Part shown: in pieces, positions 9,900 through 17,722 of the stretch
Numbering within the stretch: the first letter of the stretch is position 1
Layout of the letters: every line of letters starts with the position of its first letter
Source: an uncultured Candidatus Saccharibacteria bacterium
GTDB lineage: Bacteria > Patescibacteriota > Doudnabacteria > UBA920
NCBI GenBank assembly: GCA_964504715.1
Contig: CAZDEP010000008.1
Location: 1 to 61,469 of the forward strand
Direction: 5' to 3'
Length of the DNA stretch: 61,469 bases
Notes under the pieces: generated by a model
Databases searched by the model: none
What the model was told of the DNA's origin: nothing
What the model saw: the letters and a program-made list of their open reading frames with translations, nothing else
Translations under genes and position numbers: made by a program

Positions 9900-10946
9900 T
9901 TACAATTGATTTACCACTTTTGAATCTAAACTCACTAATACTTTTCGTAAATCTTCAGGAACAGCACTCTCCGCTTCTATCCACGTCCCATCCGGCAAAC
10001 GAACTTCAATTTTTTTTGCATGCAGGAATTGGCGGCCTAAACCTTCCAATTCAGTTTGTTTGCCGCCATAGAGCTGGTCACCCATTAAAGGATGGCCAAT
10101 CGAATTCATGTGCACCCTAATCTGGTGCGTTCTGCCTGTATGCAATTTTACCAGAAGAAGGGTGCATTGGTCAATACCTTGACTTCGCTCCGCACTTTCA
10201 GCCCCCTTCCCCCCATCTTTTCCCTTTTCTCCCCTTTCCAGATACTCTAAAACTTTATATTCCGTTACCGCCTCCTTGGCATCTTGCGGGTCTTTGGTCG
10301 TCTGTTTCCGAAAGTCCGTTTTGCTTTTGCCCATGGGGGTTTGTAGGACCCCTTGCGGCTTTTCCACCCTGCCTTTTACCAACGCCAAATATTCCTTTTT
10401 AACTTTTCGCTCCGCAAAAGCATTTTTTAAATACTCATACATTGCCTGGGTTTTAGCGACTAAAATGACCCCGCTGGTATCCTTGTCCAAGCGGTGGACT
10501 ATGCCAGGCCGGTTTTCCTCGCCCACCACTTCTATTCCTTTTGCGCCAAAGTCGGATCCCTGCCCGTCCGGCAGGCGGGCGCCTTTGCCGGAAAAATGAT
10601 AAAGAAGTGCGGAAGCCAGCGTCTCTCCCCTAAACCCCGCGCCCGGATGCACCACCATCCCCGCCGGCTTATCTATGATTAACAATCCATGATTATCATA
10701 AAGTATTTTCAATGGTGTATTAGTTGCCTTTATCCCCGCTGATAACTCACTAGCTGACTGCTGATAAACGACCACGTCTTCTTTCCTGACCACGAATTTA
10801 CTTTCTTTGACAACTTCACCATTAACCAAAACCGTCCCCGCTTCTATGTCGCGCTGAATTTGAGACCGAGAAATACTGGGTAGTTGCTCGGCTAGATATT
10901 TATCGAGTCTGGTCTTTAAATCTTGAACTATAAAATCTGTTTTCAT
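9900..10946 (-). CDS. RluA/RluD-family pseudouridine synthase with S4 domain
   Basis: S4-like N-terminus, HRLDKDTSGVILVAK catalytic motif and TGRTHQIRVH. It carries a G/K/E-rich insert (RGEKGKDGGKGAESAERSQG). Confidence 0.85.
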   Translation of the reverse strand: MKTDFIVQDLKTRLDKYLAEQLPSISRSQIQRDIEAGTVLVNGEVVKESKFVVRKEDVVVYQQSASELSAGIKATNTPLKILYDNHGLLIIDKPAGMVVHPGAGFRGETLASALLYHFSGKGARLPDGQGSDFGAKGIEVVGEENRPGIVHRLDKDTSGVILVAKTQAMYEYLKNAFAERKVKKEYLALVKGRVEKPQGVLQTPMGKSKTDFRKQTTKDPQDAKEAVTEYKVLEYLERGEKGKDGGKGAESAERSQGIDQCTLLLVKLHTGRTHQIRVHMNSIGHPLMGDQLYGGKQTELEGLGRQFLHAKKIEVRLPDGTWIEAESAVPEDLRKVLVSLDSKVVNQL

Positions 10947-11007
10947 GGATCAATATAACAATGTAACAAGATAACATTTAATCAAGTATGTTATTTTGTT
11001 AAATTGT

Positions 11008-11739
11008 TTAATTGTTATTTTGAATAAGATCCGGTCTCCTTTTTTTTGTCCGTTCAAGTACCTCATTTTGCCGCCAGTCGGCAATATTTTTGTGGTGGCC
11101 GGTGAGTAAAACTTTCGGCACCCTCATCTCCTTAATCTTAGCCCTTAGCCCTATACCCTTAGCCCTAAATACTTCCGGCTTCGTATATTGCGGATATTCA
11201 AGCATATTTTCACTGAATGATTCTTTTTCAACCGATTCGTCCTTTCCCAAAATTCCGGATCTCAAACGCATTACCGCTTCACAAAGAACCAATGCGGGCA
11301 GCTCGCCCCCCATTAAGACATAATCGCCGATTGATATCTCCTCATCAACAAACCCCCTAACACGCTCGTCGAAGCCCTCATACCTGCCGCAAACGAAAAT
11401 TAAATTGTCATATTTGGATAATCGTACCGCCTCTTTCTGTGTAAATTTTTTCCCTTGAGGCGTGAGCAAAATAATTTTAGACTTAGCCCTTAGCCCTTTA
11501 CGCTTAGCCCTCAAGATGGCTTTCAGCAATACATCAGCTCTCAGCACCATCCCCACCCCTCCGCCGTAAGGCCGGCCGTCTACCGTACCTCTTTTATCTA
11601 TCCCGAATTTGCGCAAATTTACAGCCTCGAGCTTTAAAAGCTTGAGTTTAACCGCCCTTTTAACAATGCCAAAATTTTCCACAAAATCTTCAACAAATTT
11701 TGGGAAAAGAGTGATAATTTTTATACTGAGTTTTGACAT
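11008..11739 (-). CDS. trmD: tRNA (guanine37-N1)-methyltransferase
   Basis: IITLFP, YGGGVGMVL, CGRYEGFDERV and GDYVLMGGELPA. It contains two GGGCTAAG-repeat inserts. Confidence 0.95.
   Translation of the reverse strand: MSKLSIKIITLFPKFVEDFVENFGIVKRAVKLKLLKLEAVNLRKFGIDKRGTVDGRPYGGGVGMVLRADVLLKAILRAKRKGLRAKSKIILLTPQGKKFTQKEAVRLSKYDNLIFVCGRYEGFDERVRGFVDEEISIGDYVLMGGELPALVLCEAVMRLRSGILGKDESVEKESFSENMLEYPQYTKPEVFRAKGIGLRAKIKEMRVPKVLLTGHHKNIADWRQNEVLERTKKRRPDLIQNNN
11137..11168. repeat. GGGCTAAG-type short tandem repeat inside trmD (copy 1)
   Basis: CTTAGCCCTTAGCCCTATACCCTTAGCCCTAAA encodes ..RAKGIGLRAKIK.. Confidence 0.8.
11482..11510. repeat. GGGCTAAG-type short tandem repeat inside trmD (copy 2)
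   Basis: CTTAGCCCTTAGCCCTTTACGCTTAGCCC encodes ..LRAKRKGLRAKS.. Confidence 0.8.
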
Positions 11740-11950
11740 AAGGTCTCTACTAAATACGAAATAGTACTAAAAATACTAAACTTGGAAAATTCGATTTCGT
11801 ACCTTTAGTACATTTTAGTATTTAGTAAAAGCTTTAGCGATAAAATAACCCCGGCCTGTCCGGTCAAAGACCGGTATGGTTCGGGGTTATTTCATTTATA
11901 GATTTAGCGTTTATCCGCGTTATAATCCGCGTGTATTCCGCGAGATCAAA

Positions 11951-12370
11951 TTAAAGCTTGAAGTCGTCAATGACATTTTCATCCGACATGCCGCCTTGCT
12001 GTCCGCCACCCATGCCCATTCCGCCTTCACGGCGGGGGCCGCGGTGGGAACCTTCCGGCTCATAGATCTTCAAATTGACTCTGGCCTTGTGCTTGGCGCC
12101 AACAACCCTCAACAGGGTCCTAATGGCTTTAGCGGTCTGGCCCATTCTGCCAATAACCTGACCCATGTCCTGCGGGTTCAAATGAAGCGTAATGAGTACG
12201 CCCATTTCGTCCACAGTCCTTTCGGTCTTAACGTCGTCGGGATGGTCAACCAACGATTTTACTACAAACTCTACAAACTGCTGGTCTTGTTCCATATATC
12301 TTAGAAATTCTGATAGCTGATTTTCTGCTTCGACCTTTTGACCGACCTCTATAAATTCTACAGAGGTCAT
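11951..12370 (-). CDS. KH-domain RNA-binding protein (KhpA/YlqC-like, UPF0109) with G-rich C-terminal tail
   Basis: VKSLVDHPDDVKT...GQVIGRMGQTAKAIRTLL. It lies between rpsP and trmD as in many bacteria. An alternative ATG sits at 12295. Confidence 0.8.
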   Translation of the reverse strand: MTSVEFIEVGQKVEAENQLSEFLRYMEQDQQFVEFVVKSLVDHPDDVKTERTVDEMGVLITLHLNPQDMGQVIGRMGQTAKAIRTLLRVVGAKHKARVNLKIYEPEGSHRGPRREGGMGMGGGQQGGMSDENVIDDFKL

Positions 12371-12478
12371 CCGCCACAGCTTTCCTGTCCGACGAAACTT
12401 TAGTGAAGTTGGAAGCGAAGGCGGATCAATTAGCTACGCTATCTATGGTAATTATAACTAATATATTTAGAGTGTCAA

Positions 12479-12871
12479 TTAAGCTTTCGCTTCTTCGCTT
12501 TTAGGCGTTTCTTCCGTTTTAGGCTGCTCTGGGGCCGTAGGTTCGGCCGGAGCGGCTTCAGCTGCCTTGGCAGGCTCTGTGGCGGCTACCGGTTCTGCCG
12601 GTTTTTTGGGAGTATTGAAAGCTTTAACCTTTGCGCCTTCCATAAGGCCCTTGCTTACAAAAAGGTTATGGATAGTGGGACTCATGGCCACGTGCTGGCT
12701 TATCCAATATTTGACCCTTTCCTCTTCGGCCTTAAAAACTTTTTTCCTCGGGTTGAAGCTGCCTAAAATTTCCTGGTACTTTTTGGAAGCCGAAGCGGTT
12801 TTTTCAGCAAGCACAATCCTGAAATCTGCCTGGTTCCTTTTACCGGTCCTTTGAAGTCTGATTATTAACAT
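12479..12871 (-). CDS. rpsP: 30S ribosomal protein S16 (with A/P/E-rich C-terminal extension)
   Basis: MLIIRLQRTGKRNQADFRIVLAE...GSFNP matches S16. Confidence 0.95.
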   Translation of the reverse strand: MLIIRLQRTGKRNQADFRIVLAEKTASASKKYQEILGSFNPRKKVFKAEEERVKYWISQHVAMSPTIHNLFVSKGLMEGAKVKAFNTPKKPAEPVAATEPAKAAEAAPAEPTAPEQPKTEETPKSEEAKA

Positions 12872-12998
12872 AATTCATGTACGCAGTTCAGCGTTCCTAA
12901 AAACAGAACGTAGCCTGCAAAAATATATTTAATGCCAACATATCTTACCATTTACGACGCCAAACGTCAACCGCCCCCAAAGCGCTTGCATGGGAGTT

Positions 12999-13649
12999 CT
13001 AAACCTGCCCCCTTCTTTCTTCCCGAATGTGGCGGATATGCCGCCAAATCCAAAATCCGGCTGCCAAAATTAAAATTACTATAACCGCAACATCAAAGCC
13101 ATGCAGGCGGTCGCGCAAATTATTCCAATTTTCGCCCAGCTTTAAGCCTAAATAGGCTAAAAACAAACTCCAAATAAAAGAACCGACAAAAGTATACAAA
13201 CAAAACTTCCAAAAATTTTCCCGGAAAATTCCGGCCGGTACGGAAATAAAAGTCCTCACAACAGGCAACAGCCTGCCTAAGAACACGGAGAGGGAACCAA
13301 ACCGCGCAAAAAACCTGTCGGCCATTTGAATGTCACGATTGGAAATAAATAACCATTTTCCATACTTTTGAACCAAAGGCCGTCCTCCCCAATAACCTAC
13401 CCAGTAGGTTAGTATTGAGCCGAGCAAATTCCCGATCGCGCCCGCAAGTGCGGCCCCGACAAGCGTCATCTCCTTGGTGTAAACCAAGTAGCCCGCAAAA
13501 GGCATAATTATTTCGCTGGGCAACGGTATGCAAGCAGACTCTATGGCCATTAAAAGCGCAACTCCCGGATACCCGAGAGTCGAAATGGTATGGATGATAA
13601 AGGTTGTGAGAGTTAGAATTATTTGTTCAATCATATTCCAATGCAACAA
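12999..13649 (-). CDS. DedA-family membrane protein
   Basis: GYPGVALLMAIESACIPLPSEIIMPFAGYL is the DedA/VTT signature. The ORF-track start is TTG, and an ATG lies at 13634. Confidence 0.85.
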   Translation of the reverse strand: MLHWNMIEQIILTLTTFIIHTISTLGYPGVALLMAIESACIPLPSEIIMPFAGYLVYTKEMTLVGAALAGAIGNLLGSILTYWVGYWGGRPLVQKYGKWLFISNRDIQMADRFFARFGSLSVFLGRLLPVVRTFISVPAGIFRENFWKFCLYTFVGSFIWSLFLAYLGLKLGENWNNLRDRLHGFDVAVIVILILAAGFWIWRHIRHIREERRGQV

Positions 13650-13714
13650 TTAAACAATATAACAAAATAACATTTTTACTTTTCTGTTTGTTATATTGCT
13701 AAATTGTTACCTTG

Positions 13715-16342
13715 TTATTTGGCAAAGGCTTTCGCCTGTTCCAGCTTAACCGACAATAATTTCGACACCCCATCATCCCCCATTGTCACGCCGTACAAAA
13801 TGTTGGCATGCGCCATGGTTTCGCGGTTATGACTAATGGTAACAAATTGGGTCGAATCCGCAAGCGAAGAAAGGATCTGCGCAAAACGGATGGTATTGGC
13901 GTCATCCAAAGCGGCATCCACTTCGTCCAAAACCACAAACGGCGAAGGGAAGCAGGTTAAAAGGCTACAAAGAAGCGCAATGGAAGTTAAGGATCGCTCG
14001 CCGCCGGAAAGCGCCTGCAGGGAATTTAATTTTTTCCCTACCGGCGTTGCTTTTATGTCTACGCCAATTATATTGGTGCCGCCCTTTTCGTACTTTTGGA
14101 CAATTTTTTCTTCTGGTCGCAGGACATTTGATTCATCTTTAATAGAATCCTGCGATCCATCCTCCGTAGCTTCAACGGAGGAGGACGGCTCATCTGCCGC
14201 TTTCACCAAACTCAAATACGCCCGCCCGCCGTTAAAGAGGATGCGGAAATAATGTTCAAACTTTTCGTTAATTTTCAAAAATGCCTGGTTGAATTTAAGT
14301 TTGATTTGCTCATCCAATTCGTCCATAATGCTGCGCAAATCCTGCATGCTCTTTTTTAAATCCTCAATTTGCGCACCCAAAGACTGGTACCGGCTCTCGG
14401 TTTCCTGGTACTCTTTCATGGTTAATTCGTCCATGCCGCCAATGGTGTCAAGCTGGGCGCGGAGCTTGAGCATCTTATTTTCCAAATCCGGCGTCTGGGA
14501 TTCCACTTTTTTTTCCGCCACCAGCTTCAGATCTTCTTCCCCCAGCATGCGGGTAATTTCCTCTTTTAATACCTGCATTTGGGTGTCAATTTTCGCTTTT
14601 TCTATTTGCACCCCGGAAATTTTGTCTTTTAACCTGGAAAGCTCGTCCTGCTTTTTCCGCACGCCGCTTTCGATTTCATGCAATTCCTTTTGATGATCTT
14701 CCTGCTGGCGCTGCTCGGATTTAAACAGCTCTCCCAGCTTGGCAATTTCCGCAGACAGCCTGTCCGCTTCCTCTTTAATGCGGCTTTCTTCCGCTATGAG
14801 GCCTTTTACAAAATCGTCAAAATTCTGGGTCTCGGCGCTTTTTAAATCCAACTCCAGCTGCCTTTTATCCTGCGCCAGTTTCTGTTTTTCCTTTTCCAAA
14901 AACTCCAGGGTAATTTTGTGCTTGGACAAAGAAAGCTCCAAGTCCTGGATCTTTTGGTTCAACTCTTCCTTTTCCCTTAAAACTTTCCTAAGCTCGGCCT
15001 GCAAATTTGCCGCGGCCTCTGGGTCATGGAAAGATTTGCTGACAAATTCCTTAAACTGCGCGAAGCTTCCCCGGAAGGCCTCCAGCGAAAGCCTTACCTG
15101 GTCCCACGGCTGGTTGGTTTGGATTTTATTGTAAAATTCTTCCACCGAATGGTCCAAAACCTTTAGCTCGCGGTTAAAACCTGCCCAGTCCACGGTGTTG
15201 GGATTTTGTAAAAATTCATACAGCTTCTCCAGCCGTTTGTTTAAAACTTCCAGAGCGCCCGAAGCTGTGTGGAGTTCGTTTTTATGACTCTCCTGTTCTT
15301 GGCGTCCGGTGTCAATTTTACCTTCGACATCTTTAAGCTTCTGCACGAGCTCGTGCAGGGTTAATTGCAAAGTTTTGGCGTCGGTCGCGCCCACATGCTT
15401 TTGGCTCTGCATCCTGCCCCTTACCAAACTCAAATCTTCAAGCAGCTTATTTTTTTGTTCCTGCAAACGACCAAGCTCTTCCTGGATTTGGCGGAATTTG
15501 CCGAACATCCCGTTTTTTTCCGTCTCCTTGCTTTCGGCCAAAGTTGTTTCGTTTTTCAGTTCGGCTTCCAGCTTGGCCCTGTGTTCCTCCAAGATTTTAA
15601 GTTCGCCTAAATATTTATCCAAAACTTCCTTTAAGCTCCAATAGGTTTTGCCGAAATATTCGCGCTGGTAAATTTTTAATTCCTGCTCTATGGCGCCGCG
15701 TTCTTCCATCCTTTTGGCCTGCCTTCTGAGCGACCTTAAGCGCGGCGCGATTTCGGCAATTAAGTCTTCGGCGCGCATTAGGTTTTGCGCGGTGGCTTCC
15801 AGGCGCCTTAAAGTTTTTTCCCGCCGGATGTAATAAGTTTTAACGCCACTGGCTTCATCCAAAAGGTTTTTGACTTCCTGCGGCCCGGCTAAAATCATTT
15901 GGTCTATGGTGCCCTGGCCGATTACCGTATAGCGCGAAGTGCCTATGTTGCTTTTTAAAACCAACTCTATAATATCCAAAAGCCTAACCTGCTGTCCGTT
16001 AAGCAGATATTCGCTGCTACCTGTTCTATCCACCCTTCTGCCTATGGCGACTTCGGCGGTGTCTAAGGGGATGCGGCGGTCGGCATTGTCAAAAGTGGCC
16101 GCCACTTCGCAAAAGCCCATTTTGGCTTTTTTTTCGCTTCCGGCAAAAATTACGTCGTCCGCTTTTTTGCCGCGGATGAGTTTGGCCGACTGCTCGCCCA
16201 AAACCCACCGCAAAGCATCCGCGACATTACTCTTGCCGCTGCCGTTCGGACCCACAATGGCGGTTATGCCCGGCCCGAATTCCATTGTAGTTTTGCTGGC
16301 AAAACTCTTAAACCCGTGAATTTCTAATCTTTTTAAATACAT
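13715..16342 (-). CDS. smc: SMC-family chromosome segregation ATPase (short, 875 aa)
   Basis: Walker A GPNGSGKSN, signature LSGGERSL, Walker B VVLDEVDAALD and long coiled coils. Confidence 0.85.
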   Translation of the reverse strand: MYLKRLEIHGFKSFASKTTMEFGPGITAIVGPNGSGKSNVADALRWVLGEQSAKLIRGKKADDVIFAGSEKKAKMGFCEVAATFDNADRRIPLDTAEVAIGRRVDRTGSSEYLLNGQQVRLLDIIELVLKSNIGTSRYTVIGQGTIDQMILAGPQEVKNLLDEASGVKTYYIRREKTLRRLEATAQNLMRAEDLIAEIAPRLRSLRRQAKRMEERGAIEQELKIYQREYFGKTYWSLKEVLDKYLGELKILEEHRAKLEAELKNETTLAESKETEKNGMFGKFRQIQEELGRLQEQKNKLLEDLSLVRGRMQSQKHVGATDAKTLQLTLHELVQKLKDVEGKIDTGRQEQESHKNELHTASGALEVLNKRLEKLYEFLQNPNTVDWAGFNRELKVLDHSVEEFYNKIQTNQPWDQVRLSLEAFRGSFAQFKEFVSKSFHDPEAAANLQAELRKVLREKEELNQKIQDLELSLSKHKITLEFLEKEKQKLAQDKRQLELDLKSAETQNFDDFVKGLIAEESRIKEEADRLSAEIAKLGELFKSEQRQQEDHQKELHEIESGVRKKQDELSRLKDKISGVQIEKAKIDTQMQVLKEEITRMLGEEDLKLVAEKKVESQTPDLENKMLKLRAQLDTIGGMDELTMKEYQETESRYQSLGAQIEDLKKSMQDLRSIMDELDEQIKLKFNQAFLKINEKFEHYFRILFNGGRAYLSLVKAADEPSSSVEATEDGSQDSIKDESNVLRPEEKIVQKYEKGGTNIIGVDIKATPVGKKLNSLQALSGGERSLTSIALLCSLLTCFPSPFVVLDEVDAALDDANTIRFAQILSSLADSTQFVTISHNRETMAHANILYGVTMGDDGVSKLLSVKLEQAKAFAK

Positions 16343-16348
16343 TTACTC

Positions 16349-16377
16349 TTGATTTATTTTGATATTTATGGTATAAT
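16349..16377 (+). promoter_or_regulatory. near-consensus sigma70-type promoter
   Basis: TTGATT (16349-16354), a 17-nt spacer, then TATAAT (16372-16377). Confidence 0.6.
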
Positions 16378-16383
16378 TTGCTC

Positions 16384-16590
16384 TTGAAAGGGGGACCAAT
16401 GCGACGTACTCATCGCATCCGCCCCTTGGGCAAGTACGATCTTGCCCAAGGGGGTTTGCTTCTCCTACTAATCCTCTGGATAGTAGGAGAAGTCCAGGTC
16501 GCTTGGCTCAGGGCTATCCATCCCTGAGCCAGGCCCCTTCGGCGGCCGGTCACTTAGCAATCAGCTTTGTGATCGGCCGCTTTCATTTTG
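16384..16590 (+). ncRNA. candidate structured small RNA, or mRNA of a 42-codon ORF (16399-16527)
   Basis: Five consecutive perfect or near-perfect hairpins with 6, 13, 11, 10 and 12 bp stems. The last is followed by TTTCATTTT, like an intrinsic terminator. GC content is higher than in the neighbours. Confidence 0.5.
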
Positions 16591-16699
16591 TAAAAAAACA
16601 AAAGTTAAAAAATGATAATTAAGAAATATAAAATAAAAAGCAGGATCGGAGTGGCAGCTCTTAATTCTTACTACTTACTTCTTAATTCTTAATTCTTTT

Positions 16700-17470
16700 T
16701 TAAAAGAGATTCTTCTTAAGCGCGTCTTCCGCTGCCGAAACTTCGGCTTCCTGCTTGGAAGGGCCAACGCCCCTCCCGACTTCCTTCTCGGCCACGAAAG
16801 CCGCCAGAACAAAAGTCTTGTTGTGGTCCGGGCCGGTTTCGCTTATAACCCCATAGTGCGGGGTTATGCCTGACTTTTCCTGGACCATTTCCTGCAGCTT
16901 TGATTTGGGGTCCATATACTTCCCGTCTTCTATAATATTTTCCAACTCCACTAAAATTTCGCGGCCAATAAAATTGGTGCAGGCCTGGTAACCCAGATCC
17001 AAATACATTGCGCCAATTAACGCCTCTATGCAGTTGGCAAGTATAACCTGCCTGGCCCTGCCCGTGTCTTTGGCCTCGCCCCGGCTCATAAGCAAAAACT
17101 GTTCCAAACCCAGGCGGGAAGCAATGGAAGAAAGCATTTTATAATTTACCAAAGCGGAACGGAAGTTGGTCAGTTCGCCTTCCGGATGGCTGTAATTTTT
17201 GTACAAATATTCGGTCGCGCACAATTCCAAAACGGCATCGCCCAAAAATTCCAGGCGCTCGTTATGCGGCAAATGAAAACCCCGGTTCTCGTTTAAATAC
17301 GACCTGTGCGTAAAAGCCGAAAGGTACAAGTCGGGGTCTTTAATTTTGGTTTGAAGAATTTTTTCCAATTCTTCTAAATCTAGGGTAGGCACGTCGTAGA
17401 AAATTTCCAAATCCCAATTTCCCTGCCTCGCCGGCAGGCAGGCAATTTCCAAACAAATTCCAAATTCCAA
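16700..17470 (-). CDS. rnc: ribonuclease III
   Basis: FTHRSYLNE, ERLEFLGDAVLEL and a C-terminal dsRBD. The longest ORF starts at a TTG and its first ~26 codons cover a repeat hairpin, so a GTG start at 17392 is plausible. Confidence 0.9.
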   Translation of the reverse strand: MEFGICLEIACLPARQGNWDLEIFYDVPTLDLEELEKILQTKIKDPDLYLSAFTHRSYLNENRGFHLPHNERLEFLGDAVLELCATEYLYKNYSHPEGELTNFRSALVNYKMLSSIASRLGLEQFLLMSRGEAKDTGRARQVILANCIEALIGAMYLDLGYQACTNFIGREILVELENIIEDGKYMDPKSKLQEMVQEKSGITPHYGVISETGPDHNKTFVLAAFVAEKEVGRGVGPSKQEAEVSAAEDALKKNLF

Positions 17471-17590
17471 ATTTTAATCTTGGATATTGAAATTTATTTA
17501 TGATTTGATGCTTGTTATTTGGCGCTTAATATTTTTTGTCCGACTTCTCGCCATTATTCCGTCTGGCCAAAGGCCGCGAGCGAAGTCGAG

Positions 17591-17665
17591 TGGTGGGCAG
17601 TATAGGATTTGAACCTATGACCCTCTCTACGTCAAAGAGATGCTCTACCCCTGAGCTAACTGCCC
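17591..17665 (-). tRNA. tRNA-Val (anticodon GAC)
   Basis: Hand-folded cloverleaf: GGGCAGT/ACTGCCC acceptor, anticodon loop TTGACGT, T-loop TTCAAAT, encoded CCA. Confidence 0.9.
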
Positions 17666-17722
17666 GAAGCTTAATGATTATACTAAAATCCGCCGTTTTT
17701 GACAAACGGCGGATAATTAAGA

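Noticed and set aside
16478-16500. RNase P RNA, because GGAGAAGTCCAGG resembles the GAGGAAAGTCCGGG P4 strand (a similar GGAAAGTC lies at about 32063-32070)
   Set aside because: The partner P4 strand (ACAGAA..CGGCTTA-type) and other conserved regions are absent. The transcription unit is only about 200 nt.
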